A stretch of 64,000 nt of DNA from NCBI RefSeq assembly GCF_009914755.1, contig NC_060945.1; one strand, 5' to 3'. The notes under the pieces were generated by a model that saw nothing but the letters and a program-made list of their open reading frames with translations, was not told where the DNA came from and ran no database searches. Positions 39,075 to 54,058 of the stretch are shown here, in pieces. Origin of the DNA: the human T2T-CHM13v2.0 reference genome, Homo sapiens. The stretch's first letter is position 1; each line of letters begins with the position of its first letter. The translations under genes and the position numbers were made by a program.

Positions 39075-40612
39075 TGCCTCTGGATTATTAGACATATCCT
39101 CACTGTCCTTGATCTGCAAGGAATTTATACTGATTAGAGCATTAGTAAAAGCTATGTTCTATTCATCATGAAAAGTCATTTTTTAAAGGCTCCAGAATTA
39201 TTAGAGGCAGAAACAAATTGAAAGGTTGTACACCTACACCTGTTGTTTGAAAAACACAACTTACCAAAGCCAAACAGAAGAAGTATGTAAACTCTTATGT
39301 CTAGTAATAGGCAAAATGCGTAATTTAAAACTTTCCCACAAAAACAATTCCCAGTTCCTGATGGCTTCACTGGTGAATTCTTCAATGAAAGGGAAAAGTA
39401 ACACCAACACTACAGAATTACTTTTTTAATTTCAGGGACAGATTTTTTTTTTTTAAATCTTAGTGACAGAGTCTCACTATGTTGCCCAGGCTGGAGTGCA
39501 GTGGCTTTTGACAGTCAAGTTCCAGTGATCCTCCCACCTCAGCCTCTGGAGTAGCTGGGACTACAGGTTACAGAAACTTTTATTTTTGGGACAGAGTCTC
39601 GCTCTGTCACCCAGGTTGGAGTGCAGTGGCGCAGTCTCGGCTCACTGCAAACTCCGCCTCCTGGGTTCACGCCATTCTGTCTCAGCCTCCTTGGTAGCTG
39701 GGACTACAGGCACCCACCACCACACCTGCCTAAATTTTTTTTGTTGTATTTTTAGCAGACACGGGGTTTCACCATATTAGCCAGGATGGTCTCGATCTCC
39801 TGACCTCGTGATCTGCCCGCCTCGGCCTCCCAAAGTGCTGGGATTACAGGCGTGAGCCACCGTGCCTGGCCAGAAATTTTAAGAGAACAAAAATAAAGGG
39901 AACAGAGCCATGCTCATTTTTTGAGATTACAATAAACTTGATATCAAAAGTAGTCTAAAAAATTACAAAAAGTAAAACTACAGGCTAATCAGTCACATGA
40001 ACACAAGCCCAAAAGTCATTTTTAAAAACAGCACACTAAGCAGGGCACAGTGGTTCATGCCTGTAATCCCAGCACTTTGGGAGGCCGAGGTGGGAGAAGT
40101 GCTTAAGCTCAGGAGTTCCCTTTATTTTTGTTCTCTTAAAAGTTTCTGTAGCCTGTAGTCCCAGCTACTCAAGAGGCTGAAGTGGGAGGATAACTGGAAC
40201 GTGACTGTGAATAGCCACTGCACTCCAGCCTGGGCAACATAGTGAGATCTGTCCCTAAGATTTAAAAAAAATCTGTAATGTTGGTGTTATTTTTTCCCTT
40301 TCATTGAAGAATTCACCAGTGATGCCATCAGGAACTGGGGATTGTTTTTGTGAGGAAGTTTTAAATTATGGACTCTATTTATTTCATAATTATAGGAGTA
40401 TACATACTTCTTATGTTTGGTTTTGGTAAGTTGTGTTTTTCAAACAGTAGGTATACAACCTTTTAATTTGTTTCTGCTTATAATAATTGTGGGATCTTTT
40501 ATTTAAAAAATGATTGATTTTCATGAATAGAAGATAGGTTTTACTAATACTACACTCAATGTTAATTCCTTGCAGTTCAAGGACACTGAGGCCCCGTCTA
40601 ATAATACAGAAG
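39075..40612. repeat. Inverted repeat: arms ~39075-39903 and ~40115-40612, spacer ~210 bp
   Basis: CCCAGTTCCTGATGGCTTCACTGGTGAATTCTTCAATGAAAGGGAAAA on the left pairs with TTTTCCCTTTCATTGAAGAATTCACCAGTGATGCCATCAGGAACTGGG on the right. Confidence 0.9.
39583..39871 (-). mobile_element. AluY-like inserted in the left arm of the inverted repeat
   Basis: GGGTTCACGCCATTC and TTAGCCAGGATGGTCTCGATCTCCTGACCTCGTGATC motifs; TSD-like AGAAACTTTTA/AGAAATTTTA. Confidence 0.9.
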
Positions 40613-40683
40613 AAAAACTAGGATAGTGGCAAGACTAGCCTGGGGAGCAAACTGAGACTCCAGTTCAAAAAAATAAAAAATTA

Positions 40684-40917
<234 letters not shown>

Positions 40918-42424
40918 CTAGCAATGCTAGTTTCAATTTAGGGTGAATTACTTCAGTAGAGAACCGAAGTACGTGCACTAGTCTGAATATGTTAATTTAA
41001 ATTAAAAAAAAACAAAAACTTAAAAAAAATTAGAGATGGGGTCTTGACATGTTGCCTGGGCTGAATCCACTCCTAGGCTCAAGCAGTCCCCCCACCTCAG
41101 CTTCCCAAGTAGCTGAATAAGCTAATTAACTTGTTTTGTTTCTCTCAGGGAGTGCACAACAGGTGGAGGGAGGAGGCAGGAGGGTGGGGATGAGAGCACC
41201 TTCCCAAGAAAAGGACTGGAAGAGTTTATAACAACCAGGAGAGGCCTGGGGCACAGCAAAGGGAACTGGCCTTTGCCTCGAGGAGAAAGGAACGCCTCCT
41301 CCCTTCTTCCAGCCTCCCTTAAGAAAAATACCCAAGAATGCCCCCAGCCCTGTGAGCACAGAGCACTGGTGTGAGTTGTTTACTTGTTAATGAGTTTGCA
41401 CCACTGTCTGCATGTAATGAGTCATTCAGGTCATTCTGGGATGACGTTGGTATGCACAAACCCCTCCTTTAATCTGGTTGGCTAGTTCAGAATAGACAAG
41501 TTTTAACACTGCTTCCTTCTCCCATCGAGAAGTAAAGCCCAGGTTCTGAGGAACAGACTCCATCTGGAGACCATGTTTGGTGAACCTGAGCTTCGGGAAA
41601 GACACGGCTTCAAGCCTCAAGTCGTTTTGCCCCTTCCTGTGGCTGACAGCATGAGAGGTCAGGATCACAACGAATTTTACCATTTTGACGGGGATTTTAA
41701 AACGTCACTGTTTAAAAAACGCTGCTTTGAAAATATTTTTAATCTTGATTTATATAAGCATTTATTTCTTGATAATATTTGAATTATAACCTAATTGATA
41801 GATTTAATATTCTTCGGGGCTAAGACTACATGAGAAAAAAATGTTATACAGATTTTTTAAATGATTCCTGGGCTTAAGGAAAAAATTAATTTTAAATCCT
41901 TACCAGTCTCCTAGATAATTAACGAGCAGGTGCTGCCTGGGAGTGTAAAGATTTTTAGGTCTTATGACCTCGTGGCCGCTTGGTCCAAAAAATAAGATTA
42001 CTTGCCTCTTTCCTTATTCTTACTGGATAGAATGAGACTTGTTTAAAACGTCTCGTTTAGGTTAGAAAAGAAAATGGGAAACCATATTTGTAATCGACCT
42101 GACATTTATAAGTACCTGATTTAAATGAACTTTACCCAAAGCACACTCCACAAAAGGCACTTCAAATTTCACTGGAGCACAGCCCTTTGTGTTGTAGAAT
42201 ATTGTAGAATAAAATGGCTTTCTTTTTTTAACTACACCACAACACTCTTAAGGAAATGAAAGTAGGTAAGGCATCTATCTGTGAACAGCAGTGCTATCCA
42301 TTCCATGAATGTTTAGGGTTTACTCCATGTTAGGCACTAGGGATAGGATGGCAAACAGGGCAGACGGGTCCCCTGACCTCTTCCACCACCCTACAGTCGA
42401 GTGAAGAAAGTAGATTTTTAAAAC

Positions 42425-42850
42425 ATTATTATTATACTTTAAGTTTTAGGGTACATGTGCACAATGTGCAGATTACTTACATATGTATACATGTGCTATG
42501 CTGGTGTGCTGCACCCATTAACTCGTCATTTAGCATTAGGTATATCTCCTAATGCTATCCCTCCACCCTCCCCCCACCCCATATTGCTCTTGTCTCCCAG
42601 GCTGGAGAACAGTGGTGCTATCTCGGCTCACTGCAACCTCCGCCTCCTGGGTTCAAGGAATTCTGCCTCAGCCACATGAGTAGCTAGGATTACAGGCGTG
42701 CAACACCACACCTGGCTAATTTTGTATTTTTAGTAGAGATGGGATTTCGCCAGTTGGCCAGACTGGTCTCGAACCCCTGACCTCAGGTGATCCTCCTGCC
42801 TTGGCCTCCCAAAATGCTGGGATTGCAGGCCTGAGCCACCATGTCCAGCT
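42425..42850 (-). mobile_element. L1PA 3'-end fragment (~42425-42580) fused to an AluS (~42585-42850)
   Basis: TTATACTTTAAGTTTTAGGGTACATGTGCAC...CCCACCCCA directly abuts an Alu body that lacks its own tail. Confidence 0.85.
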
Positions 42851-42869
42851 AGATTTTAAATATTAACAA

Positions 42870-43560
42870 AATAATTATAAGTTCTGATTATTACTATTAA
42901 GAGAAAAGCACAGAGATAGAATAACATCAGAGAGGGGGCACCACCACTTTAGGAAGCCAGGGAAGGGCTGGAGGAGGTGAAATTTAGGCAAAGTTTGAAG
43001 GACATTAGGAGTCAGACCTGCCATAGCAGGAGGGAATAGCATCCCTGGCAGAGAGGAAAGCTTGTTCAGAGCCACAGTCCTGAAAGAAGCTTGTTTGAGG
43101 GACTACAAGAAGACCAATGTGCTTGAAGCATAATACGTCTAAGATCAGATGTGTGATGAGTTTGAAGAGGCAGCTAGATCACCGTAAGAACTTTGGAGGG
43201 CTTTTGGCAGGAGAGTGACATGATCTGATCTGATGTATATTTTGAAAGGTCACTCCAGCTTCCAGGTAGCAGTGGAAGAAGACATGCAAAAATCACAATC
43301 ATAACTTACAGTGCAGCAGTGGAAGCAGACACGCAAAAATCACAATCATAACTTACACGGCATGGTAGCTTGGAGTACGGAGGAAAAGGAAGCACATTTG
43401 GGGTATATTTTGGAAGTGGAATAAACAGATCTGCTGATGGATGGAAAAGGGTGGGGTGAGGGTTGGTAATGAGGAGCCAAGGATGACTCATTTTCAGGTT
43501 GGAGTAACTGGGAAGGCTTGGAAGACTAGTGGAGAAACAGGTTTGGAGAGAGAAGTCTCA
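42870..43560 (+). mobile_element. L2-like fragment
   Basis: GGCAGGAGAGTGACATGATCTGAT and GGAGCCAAGGATGACTC L2 motifs. Confidence 0.65.
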
Positions 43561-43619
43561 GTCCCTTAGTCATTCACCTCAGTTTCTTAGTCACTGGAAT
43601 ACCTTAGATCTCTTATCTA

Positions 43620-44130
<511 letters not shown>

Positions 44131-45218
44131 CTAACCCAAGATTTTTAAAAAATATATATATATATAGCAAGAGCTTACAGAACAGGCAGCACCAAGTGGG
44201 AGCTGGGGGGCTTGTCTTGATGCTGCATTTGATAAATATACACAGTTTTACTCAGATTATATGTTTGCTTAGATTTGGGCTAAGATCCCCAAAGCCACCC
44301 CTTGGTATTGACACTCATTAAGAAATTAAGGAAGAGATAGTACTATTGAACTATTTTCCAAAAAAAGAAAAAAAAGGACAAAAACCCAAAACAAATGGGA
44401 TGTGATGTACATTTTCCATGTTATTTTATACATGAGCTATCTTTCCAATACTGAAGTTGGTTTAGCAAGAAAATAATTAAAGACGTCAATGTGCAAGCCA
44501 AGAGCCAAAACCACTCTCAACAGCCCAAGGTTGTGAACGTATTTAATTTGCCGTTTCCCTGGGAAGTCATTTTTTGGATCATTGACTTAATATTATTCAG
44601 TAAAACAGTGGTAGCCCCTGCCTTCCTCTGCTTGCTGCCAAGAGTATGATCCAGCTGTGGGGTCTGAAGAGTCTATGTTTATTGGATTTTAATGACTTAG
44701 TTAACAAAGGTCATTCTTAAAAGTAATAGAAAACTAAGGTTGTGGAAACAGAACGGAAAAGACTGACTCGAGGGTTATTTCTATTAGTTCCTTGGTGTTG
44801 TCCTTAGATACATGTTTAATCCTTAAAAGCAATTATGAAGGAGTCTTCCTCATAACCAATTTACTGATGCTATATTCAACTATACTTGTAAAATGTTATT
44901 TTAACCCTCTCAGTAACAAAAGGAACAGGGCTTAAAATATGTTAGATAATATTGCCATAAACAATGTACTGGTAACATAATATTGCTGACAGTATAATTG
45001 TAATTCACTGTAATACTTGAATGCCACAACTGTAGTGCTTCCATTATCGCTGACGGTAGGAAATAACTTCAGTCTCAGGTGAAATCTGGTTGGATACAAA
45101 TCTCCAAGTTAAAAGAAACCTCAAGGATCATTTAATCTTGTCCTTTTAAATATTTAGTAACTCATTTGGTAGTAAATATTTATCCAAATTATGTTTCTTA
45201 GGCTGTTAAAGAATTTCC

Positions 45219-45835
<617 letters not shown>

Positions 45836-46508
45836 TTGAGCTAAATGGTGATTGAATTATTTGAAATTAAATTGATGAAATCATTTAAGAATATGTGGAA
45901 AGAAAGAAATTTACAGTCATTCCTCAGGTATAAATTAAATATTTTCCACCTCAAAAATCCAATGACATGAGATATAAATGTATAGTTCACATATGTAATA
46001 CATTTCTCACATGGTTACAGAACCTTTCTGATCTGGCTCCGGTTGACTTTTCCAGCCTTATCTCATTTCTCCCCCCTCCTTCCAGCCGTTTTTTCTTCCT
46101 CCTCTCCTTAGCTACAGCTTTACTAATCTTCCTACTGTGAGCCTCAAACCCACGCTGCTCTCAGGTCTCAGGGCCTATGTACAAGTAATTCCCACTGCCT
46201 GGAATCCCTTGCCCTCATTCTTTGTTGGGTCATTCTGCAGACCCAGTACTACTTCCTCTTGGGAGCCTTTGTCCATCTCCTCTTCCCCCAATCTCCGAAC
46301 CCCACCAAGACCTCAGTAGTTCTTGAGCAAGCCTCTGCTTAGTTTTCCTGGGATGACCAAAACTAACACTGTCTGATCCGTTGTTCAATCCCCAATCCCT
46401 AGAACAGAGCTGCAACATAACAGGCACTCTAAATGAATGAATGGATAAAGACAGCACTGAATAACTTCAAATTATAGTTTACACATGTAAACAGTAACAT
46501 AAATCTGA

Positions 46509-46920
<412 letters not shown>

Positions 46921-47764
46921 TAAAACAAAAATTTTAGCGTTGTCGTATGCTAAATTTCTTTTACTAGGTTAAAAAAATGTAGAATCCAAAGAGCTGTAAA
47001 TGCAAATAACAAATACTGTACAAAATTTATCAAGCAACTATAAGTCACAACTTGCAAGTTTTCTCCTCAGCAAATGAGTTAAAAAGAAAAGTATTTGAAA
47101 CTTTCTTGGTAGAAAACGAATGACCTTTAAAAATGCCAACATTTTCCCCAGAGAGTAGATTTGGTCTGAGTTCTTCATTTCTGAAATTGTACAAGATAAG
47201 ACCGCTTGGTTTGGAAGTCAAACTGCATCCTTCTAAAAAGGTTTTAGATATTTTAAGTCTCCATACAAAACACTCCCCTTATTTTCAGAACAAAAGGAAC
47301 AATAAGACAGCTTAGGCGGGGCAGAGAAAGAAAGGCCTTGAAACAAAGTCCCTGGAAAGGTAAAAACAACAACAAAAATAGTACGTTAGAGCTTGTGTTA
47401 GATCTGATAACTCAAAACTGCACAACTTTTGCCATACATCAAAAGCAACATGGGAAAACAGAAAAAGAGATCACAAACACTTTTTGAGTGTCCTAACTTG
47501 TAGAACCCCTAAGAATGAAACAAATACACTTGGACAAAGCTCTTTTTTTCTCTCTCTCCTTCAAGTCTCACACTAGGGGTGTGGGGCGGGGGACAGGGAG
47601 TAAGATGGGGTCTCTAATAAATACAAAACCCAGCCTCAGACGTGTTTAATTGCTGGCATTTTAGAAGAAAAATGGGCTACTTACAATTAATGAACCAAAC
47701 TACCAAACTAAAATCATGAGTAGGAGGAGGAGTAAATGGAACTGTCTGGGCGAAGTTTCAGAAA

Positions 47765-48930
47765 GCGCAAGCTGGGGTCGCTGCGCCCTCCCCCACCCAT
47801 ACCTCGGGGCTCTCCAGTCGCTCCCGGCCCCCAGCGCGGACTTTCGGGCGCCGGCGGCCCAACCATACAGAGTTGGCAGGATGTAGCCCCCTTCTCCCCT
47901 CTCCAAGAGAGAAAAGTGCGAGGAGACGCAAACCGTATTTCCGTGTCCGAGCGCTGAAACCTGCGGAGTCGCACGCGGGGCGCCCACACTCGTTCCCAGG
48001 GAGCCCCAGCCCGGTCGCCCGCCCCGGTCACAGCTCCAGCCCCGGCCTCCCTTACTCTGGGGCTCCATGATCGGCTGCTCCCCGCCCTCCGCGGGCGAAC
48101 GCCCGGGCTCCTAACGCCTCTCAGCCAGGGCCGGCGTCCCTACGGTTGCCCTGACAACCCGGAGGCAGAGTGGGCAGAACCAGAGGGATGGCGAGCGGGA
48201 GGGACCAAAAGCCGCAGGAAGTGAGGGAGCGCGTGAGGATCCGCGCGTCGCTGGGGACACTGAGCGACGGTAGCGGCCAGGTCACCGGCTGAGGACACTG
48301 CCTGTGAAGCCCGGTCAGGTGGTCGCGCCCTCCCTGGCGGCCCCCGCGGCCCCGCAGGACCTGTGCCCCGACTTCGCCGACCCACGGCGTCCGTTGGGCG
48401 AGTGGGCCTGCCCGCGGGTAAGGCGCCGGCCCTGGGCCGCCCTCCCGGGACTCGGGAGGCGCCGCTGCAGGTAACAGCTGGGCCCCGGCGGCGGAAGGGG
48501 TCGGGGGTCGGCGCAGGGGCGGGCGCGCCCCGAGCCGGGTGGGCGGACCCGGCGCACCTGTTGTAGCCACCTGGGGGTCCCCTGCCCGCAGTTGGCCGTG
48601 GACATTCCCTGCCCCGACTCTGAAACGCCGAGGGCGGCCTCCGCGCCCTCTGCTCCGGGAGCCACGCCTCAGCGAGAGGACGGAGCCCTGCTGGCAGGCC
48701 TCGCACCAGGGGCTCCCTCCGAGCCCGGGCATGGGCCGGGCCTGGGGTGGTCCCTAGAGCCCCCCTGACGGGAAGCGTGGAGCAATGCGAGCCGCTGCCA
48801 TCGTCGCTGTCGTCCCCAGTGAGCTGGGAGCGCCTCCTGAATCGCGAGAGCCAGGAGCACGGCTTTGCCCGGCTTTGCCCGGCTTTGCCCCGTCATCCCC
48901 GTGTCCCATTTCAGGCAGGGGGCCCAGGTT
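47765..48930. promoter_or_regulatory. CpG island / probable promoter
   Basis: ~1.1 kb very GC- and CpG-rich non-repeat sequence with GC boxes, an ETS site CAGGAAGTG (48215-48223) and plus-strand donors G|GTAAGG (48418) and CAG|GTAACA (48471). Confidence 0.85.
48145..48158. promoter_or_regulatory. RFX X-box motif
   Basis: GTTGCCCTGACAAC matches the X-box palindrome GTTGCCATGGCAAC at 12 of 14 positions. Confidence 0.65.
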
Positions 48931-51164
48931 GGATCTTTCTCACTGGCTTCGTTTTGTGTGTGTTGATTTGTTTCAGTCCTTCGCGTTTCCAGTTGAGTTA
49001 TGGAATCTGCCCACACGTTTTGTGGCCAAACTTTGTAGGGCTGTGAAACAATGTAACATTATCCCACACAATAGTCTTTCATACTGGTTTTAAAACACAG
49101 TGATGCAGGGTTTGCTTTAAGGAAGCTTTGAGGATCACAAGGGATTATTATCTGGTAGGTTGTAAAAATTCAAACAACCGGCAGAGTATCATAGGTTCTG
49201 GAACACCGGAAGGAGGAAAGAAAAATGGAGAGGACAGAAAAAGGATAAGCAAGAAAGTGCAGGGGCATTAAGGGTGTGGGGGGCTGCAGGATTGATTTGG
49301 TACTCAGGTCTGGAGATTATGGCCCCTCTATTAGTTCCAACCGCTGCTCCAGACAGTACTTGAGGGAAATGGAAGGAAGAGCCGTTATGGGGGTCATGCA
49401 AGTGATTAATAATCTTGCCAGTATAAAGATTTCCACTCCATGGATGACAAGGACACTAAGGAGAATTACTTTCCTCTTAGAAAGGGAATCATTGAGAGGT
49501 TAATTGAACTTGAGAAGCATATATTCTGTGATGGAAACTGACATATATTATATTCTTCCAAATTAGCTCTTCCCCCTCTTAGACTATATGGGGACTTTTT
49601 CAGATTAATTGTCAAAACAAGAAGGTTTATGTGTGGATATTGACAAGCAGCGTGATATATACAGAACACATAATTCTTAAGCTGAAGTATTAAGGTAATA
49701 ATTTGAGGGTGGAAAGTAAACACTTCATGGAACCTTAACTCCCTGTTCCTGAAATTTGGAGACAGGGCTTCATTTTTAGACAGAAAGTATCTAAAGATCA
49801 GCAGTACTTCTGTATCCAGTGGTTCTCAAGTTCTAGTTTACATATCATTAGCAAAATCACAAATCGGTCTTTTCATTCAAGATACAAATAGAGTGATCAG
49901 TATATCATAATCAAAAGTGACAAGATATTGATTTAAAAAACACCTGGCATTTATTGACAAAAGAAAAGGTAAGATTAAGTCTGCTCAAACAGTAAAGGAT
50001 TAGCATTAGTATTTTTTTAAAAAGAAGAAACAACAGTGCAGGTCTCTATATTAAAGTAGTAAGGACTGAAGAAATTTTAAGTTTGTAAAAAATGGGGATA
50101 TGTATTGGTGAAACACTTTGTAATCATATAGAATGATTATTTTATCAGCAGCTGTGAAGTTGACTTCGAGGAAATTTTGAATTGAAATACTTTAGGTGAC
50201 AAGTAAAGGCAACTGTTAAAAGCAACATTTGATTTTAGGGGACAGGGTACCTGTGGAAGAAGACTGGTTAGGAGTGGAAGTGAGGCGTAAAAGCACTGAA
50301 ATGTCTGAGGCAGGGACAATATTCAGTTTCTGTTCCTCTATCACCTAGTGCAATGTACTTGTTAAACGTTTTTGAATGAGTGAGAAGGGCTTTAGAGAAA
50401 TTGTTTGGATATAGGGATACACATTACTATTGGAAAAAACACCCGAGATCAGAAAGTTGCTAATGAGATAGGGGTGGGGGATGAATGGTAAAGACACTGA
50501 TTGTACCTTTTTGGAGTTTTCTACCATTGTGTTTTATTTCTTTTCACCAGCATGTTCAGTATGTTATTAGTGGTCAAATGAAAAGGAATAAAGTTCTATG
50601 TATATTTTTTTAAGTCTCCAAGCTCATTACTAGATAGAATAGTTACATTATTGTTTACTTTGCTGGTGTTAAGCTAAATGTAGCAAACTGAAGCATTATG
50701 GATAGGGAATAACAAAGTAACAATGAAGAAACAGATGTTGTCTTTTTTCTTATTTAAATCTCTTGACTATTTCAGAATTCAAAGTAGAAATAACTTTAGT
50801 GGGAGGTTAACATTATTTAATGCAAATAGGTTGATATAAATATAGCAAATGAGCATGCTATTAATAGTTCTGTCTTCTAGCCTTACTGTGGTAAGTTGAA
50901 GGAAGTTTTCATTTTTGTTTTTGTTGGTTTTAGGGTTTTTGTTGGTTTTTGTTTTCTTTTCCAGAGTCAGGGTACTTTTTTCTCTATCTGATACTTTCTG
51001 AAACTCTTAAGGAGTTCGGTCAAAGGTGGAAAACAATCAAATTTCTATTTTTGGTGTTTTCCTCTTTATTCTCCAAACTTGTCATGGTCTACATTCAATT
51101 TGTTGCACTCACATGGAATGTCTATCTCTCAGCCGTTTACTCATCCACAGTCTAAAGGAGACTG

Positions 51165-51545
<381 letters not shown>

Positions 51546-52019
51546 TCAGGATTAGGCTAATGCCCACTAAATGCACTTCTCTCTCCTACTGGGGGTGCTA
51601 CACGGTTTAGCATTTAGCTCTGTAGGATATTTTCCTATAGAATTTTATCTCATATGGTTGGATCTTGTACCTCTGACTAGATTAAATATGTTTGGAGCTA
51701 AGTGCATGACTTACGCTTCTTCTGTGTTGCTTTTAGCACACGGTGGGCTTCATTGTGTACCTGATAATTTAAGTAGGGTAATAATAGAGAGGTCAAACCT
51801 TTAGTTTGGGGTCATTGCATTGATTTCTAGCTTTGCCCCTTTGGAAAAACAGAAGCTATTATTTTGTCATTGATAACTTGGGATAATAAAACCTGCAATG
51901 GTTGTCCGATAGTCTAGTTGCGAGAATCAAGATAAATGTTATTATAGATTATGAATGAAAATATCTTGTATGTCGTAATGAACTTTTTTAATATAAAAGG
52001 CTGTTATTGACTTAGGCAT

Positions 52020-52900
52020 AGAGCAGACATTGATACCACATTCACAATGTGTTAGGTACTTCCTGAGCTCTGGAATTGCATGTCATAAAGGGTGAACAGG
52101 AAATGACCAGGTGCTTCTGAAGCAGAACAGCCTGGGCTGAGGCACGAAGGCTGGGAGAACAAGCAAGCCTTGGTTTATTGTGGCTGAACTGGAGAATACT
52201 TCTTCACGTGTATTAGCAGAAAATGGGAGGAAGTAAGGCCAGAAAGGCAAATGTGGGCCAAATCAGAAGGAACCTAAGGACCATGAGTTTATTTTCCTTA
52301 AAGGTAATAAGGAGGATTTGGGTCAGTGACTGGATCAGTTTTGCATTTGGAAAGGATCACTGGCAACACTCAAATGACAGATTGGTAGAGAGCTTAAATG
52401 AGAGACCAAAAAATTGGAGATGTTGTTGAAGCTCAGTGAAGAAATGAAGAGAACTAGGAGAGCGATGGTGGGAATAAGAAGGAGGGGCCACGAAAAAAGG
52501 TAGAATTGGCAGATCTTGGTGATACAGGAGATGAGGAAGGAGAAGCCAGGGATGACAGTGGGGTGATAGAGTGGATTGTTCTGTTATTCATTGAACTCTA
52601 AAGAAGAAAAAAAAATTGAGGAGTTTAAGAAGTGGGGTAGATGTGTTCAGTTTGAGAAGCCTGTCATATATGTTGGGAGGTCCCATAAGTAGTTGGACAT
52701 GTGGGTCTGGAACTAAAGGGAAAAAGTCTGAGATGAAGATAGAAATTTGGATTAAGCATTTAGTGATTGAAGTTAAAATGTGATTATTTTCTCCAGGGAT
52801 ATTATGTGGAATAAGAGGGTAAAGGATAGAGCCCTGAAGTATGCACATTTTACGTTGTGGGGAGGGGCTGATGGTGGAAGAACCCGCGGAGACTAAAGAC
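52020..52900 (+). mobile_element. L2-like fragments
   Basis: TTGCATTTGGAAAGGATCACTGG and GTTGGACATGTGGGTCTGGAACT motifs. Confidence 0.6.
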
Positions 52901-54000
52901 GAGTGTTCAGAAAAGGGAACTGAAAATCTGGGAGGATTAATGGAAGAGTGCCTACTCCTGAGGAGTTCATGCATTGGCATTCCCCAAAATGATTATATTT
53001 TCCTCTAGTCACCATAGAACGCACAACACAGTTCATCTATTATTGTTTTATTAAAGTTCATGTAAAATGACTACCCATTACTTTGTTAACAACAGAAATC
53101 TTCATATTTATGTTTAAAAATATTTTTGAAACATTTTTAAACAGATTTTTTAGATACAGAGTATTGCTATGTTGCCTACGCTGGTCTGGAACTCCTGGGC
53201 TCCTCCAGCCTCAGCCTTCCAAAGTGTTGGGATTCCAGGCATGAGCCACTGTGCCTGTGTCTATTTATGGATTTTTTTGTCTACATTTGGGACAACAAAT
53301 CAAGTAAAATGTAACTTTAGAAGTTGATTATGATTATGCCTCAAGCAAATACTTAAAAAAAAAGAGAGAGAGAGAGATGGATAAAAGTTAATTTTGTGTA
53401 TATCTCAGGTAAACTATGTTAACTTGGGGAGACCAGCAGTAACCTGTTCTTTAAATCTCAGCTTTTATTGAATCTCACACAAAATTTTTCTCAGATATGT
53501 CACTAGACTACTTAAATAAGCCAGATTAGTATTTTTGCATACTTTATTAACTCTGCTTCTACTCAAAGTAAATTAGTTTTTGGAATGGAATGCAGTCAAA
53601 AAATCATCAAAATAATATCACAAAGCACTGAGTGGTCCAGTCTTTTGAACTTCTGACAATACCTTTGACTTAGAAACTTATTTGTGGGGAGTGGTATATT
53701 AATACTCTACATAAACATTGATTGAGCTTGGGGGGACTTTCTGTAGATACATTTAAAAATATGTTTTTTAGTAGAGACAGGGTCTCACTGTGTTGCCCAG
53801 GCTAGTCTCTAACTCCTGGGCTCAAATTATCCTCCCCACTTGGCCTCCCAAAAGGATTGGATTACAGGCATAAAGCCACTGCCCCAAGCCTAAAATTTTT
53901 TAAAGTACCATTAGAATGTAAGGATTCTTTTTAAAAAATTTGATTGTGCAGGGTTGGTTATTCAACCAGTATGCAATACAATACTCAATACTGTATATTC

Positions 54001-54058
54001 ATCACTTCTCGGCCTTTTGGCTAAGATCAACTGTAGTATCTGTTGTTATTAATATAAT
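54001..54058 (+). pseudogene. RNU2 pseudogene: 3'-truncated U2 snRNA pseudogene
   Basis: ATCACTTCTCGGCCTTTTGGCTAAGATCAACTGTAGTATCTGTT matches the U2 5' end. Flanked by an imperfect direct repeat, AATACTGTATATTC / AATATTTTATATTC. Confidence 0.92.

Noticed and set aside
47700-48732. Minus-strand 100-200 aa ORFs in the CpG island
   Set aside because: Low-complexity Pro/Gly/Arg/Ala frames expected from the high GC content.
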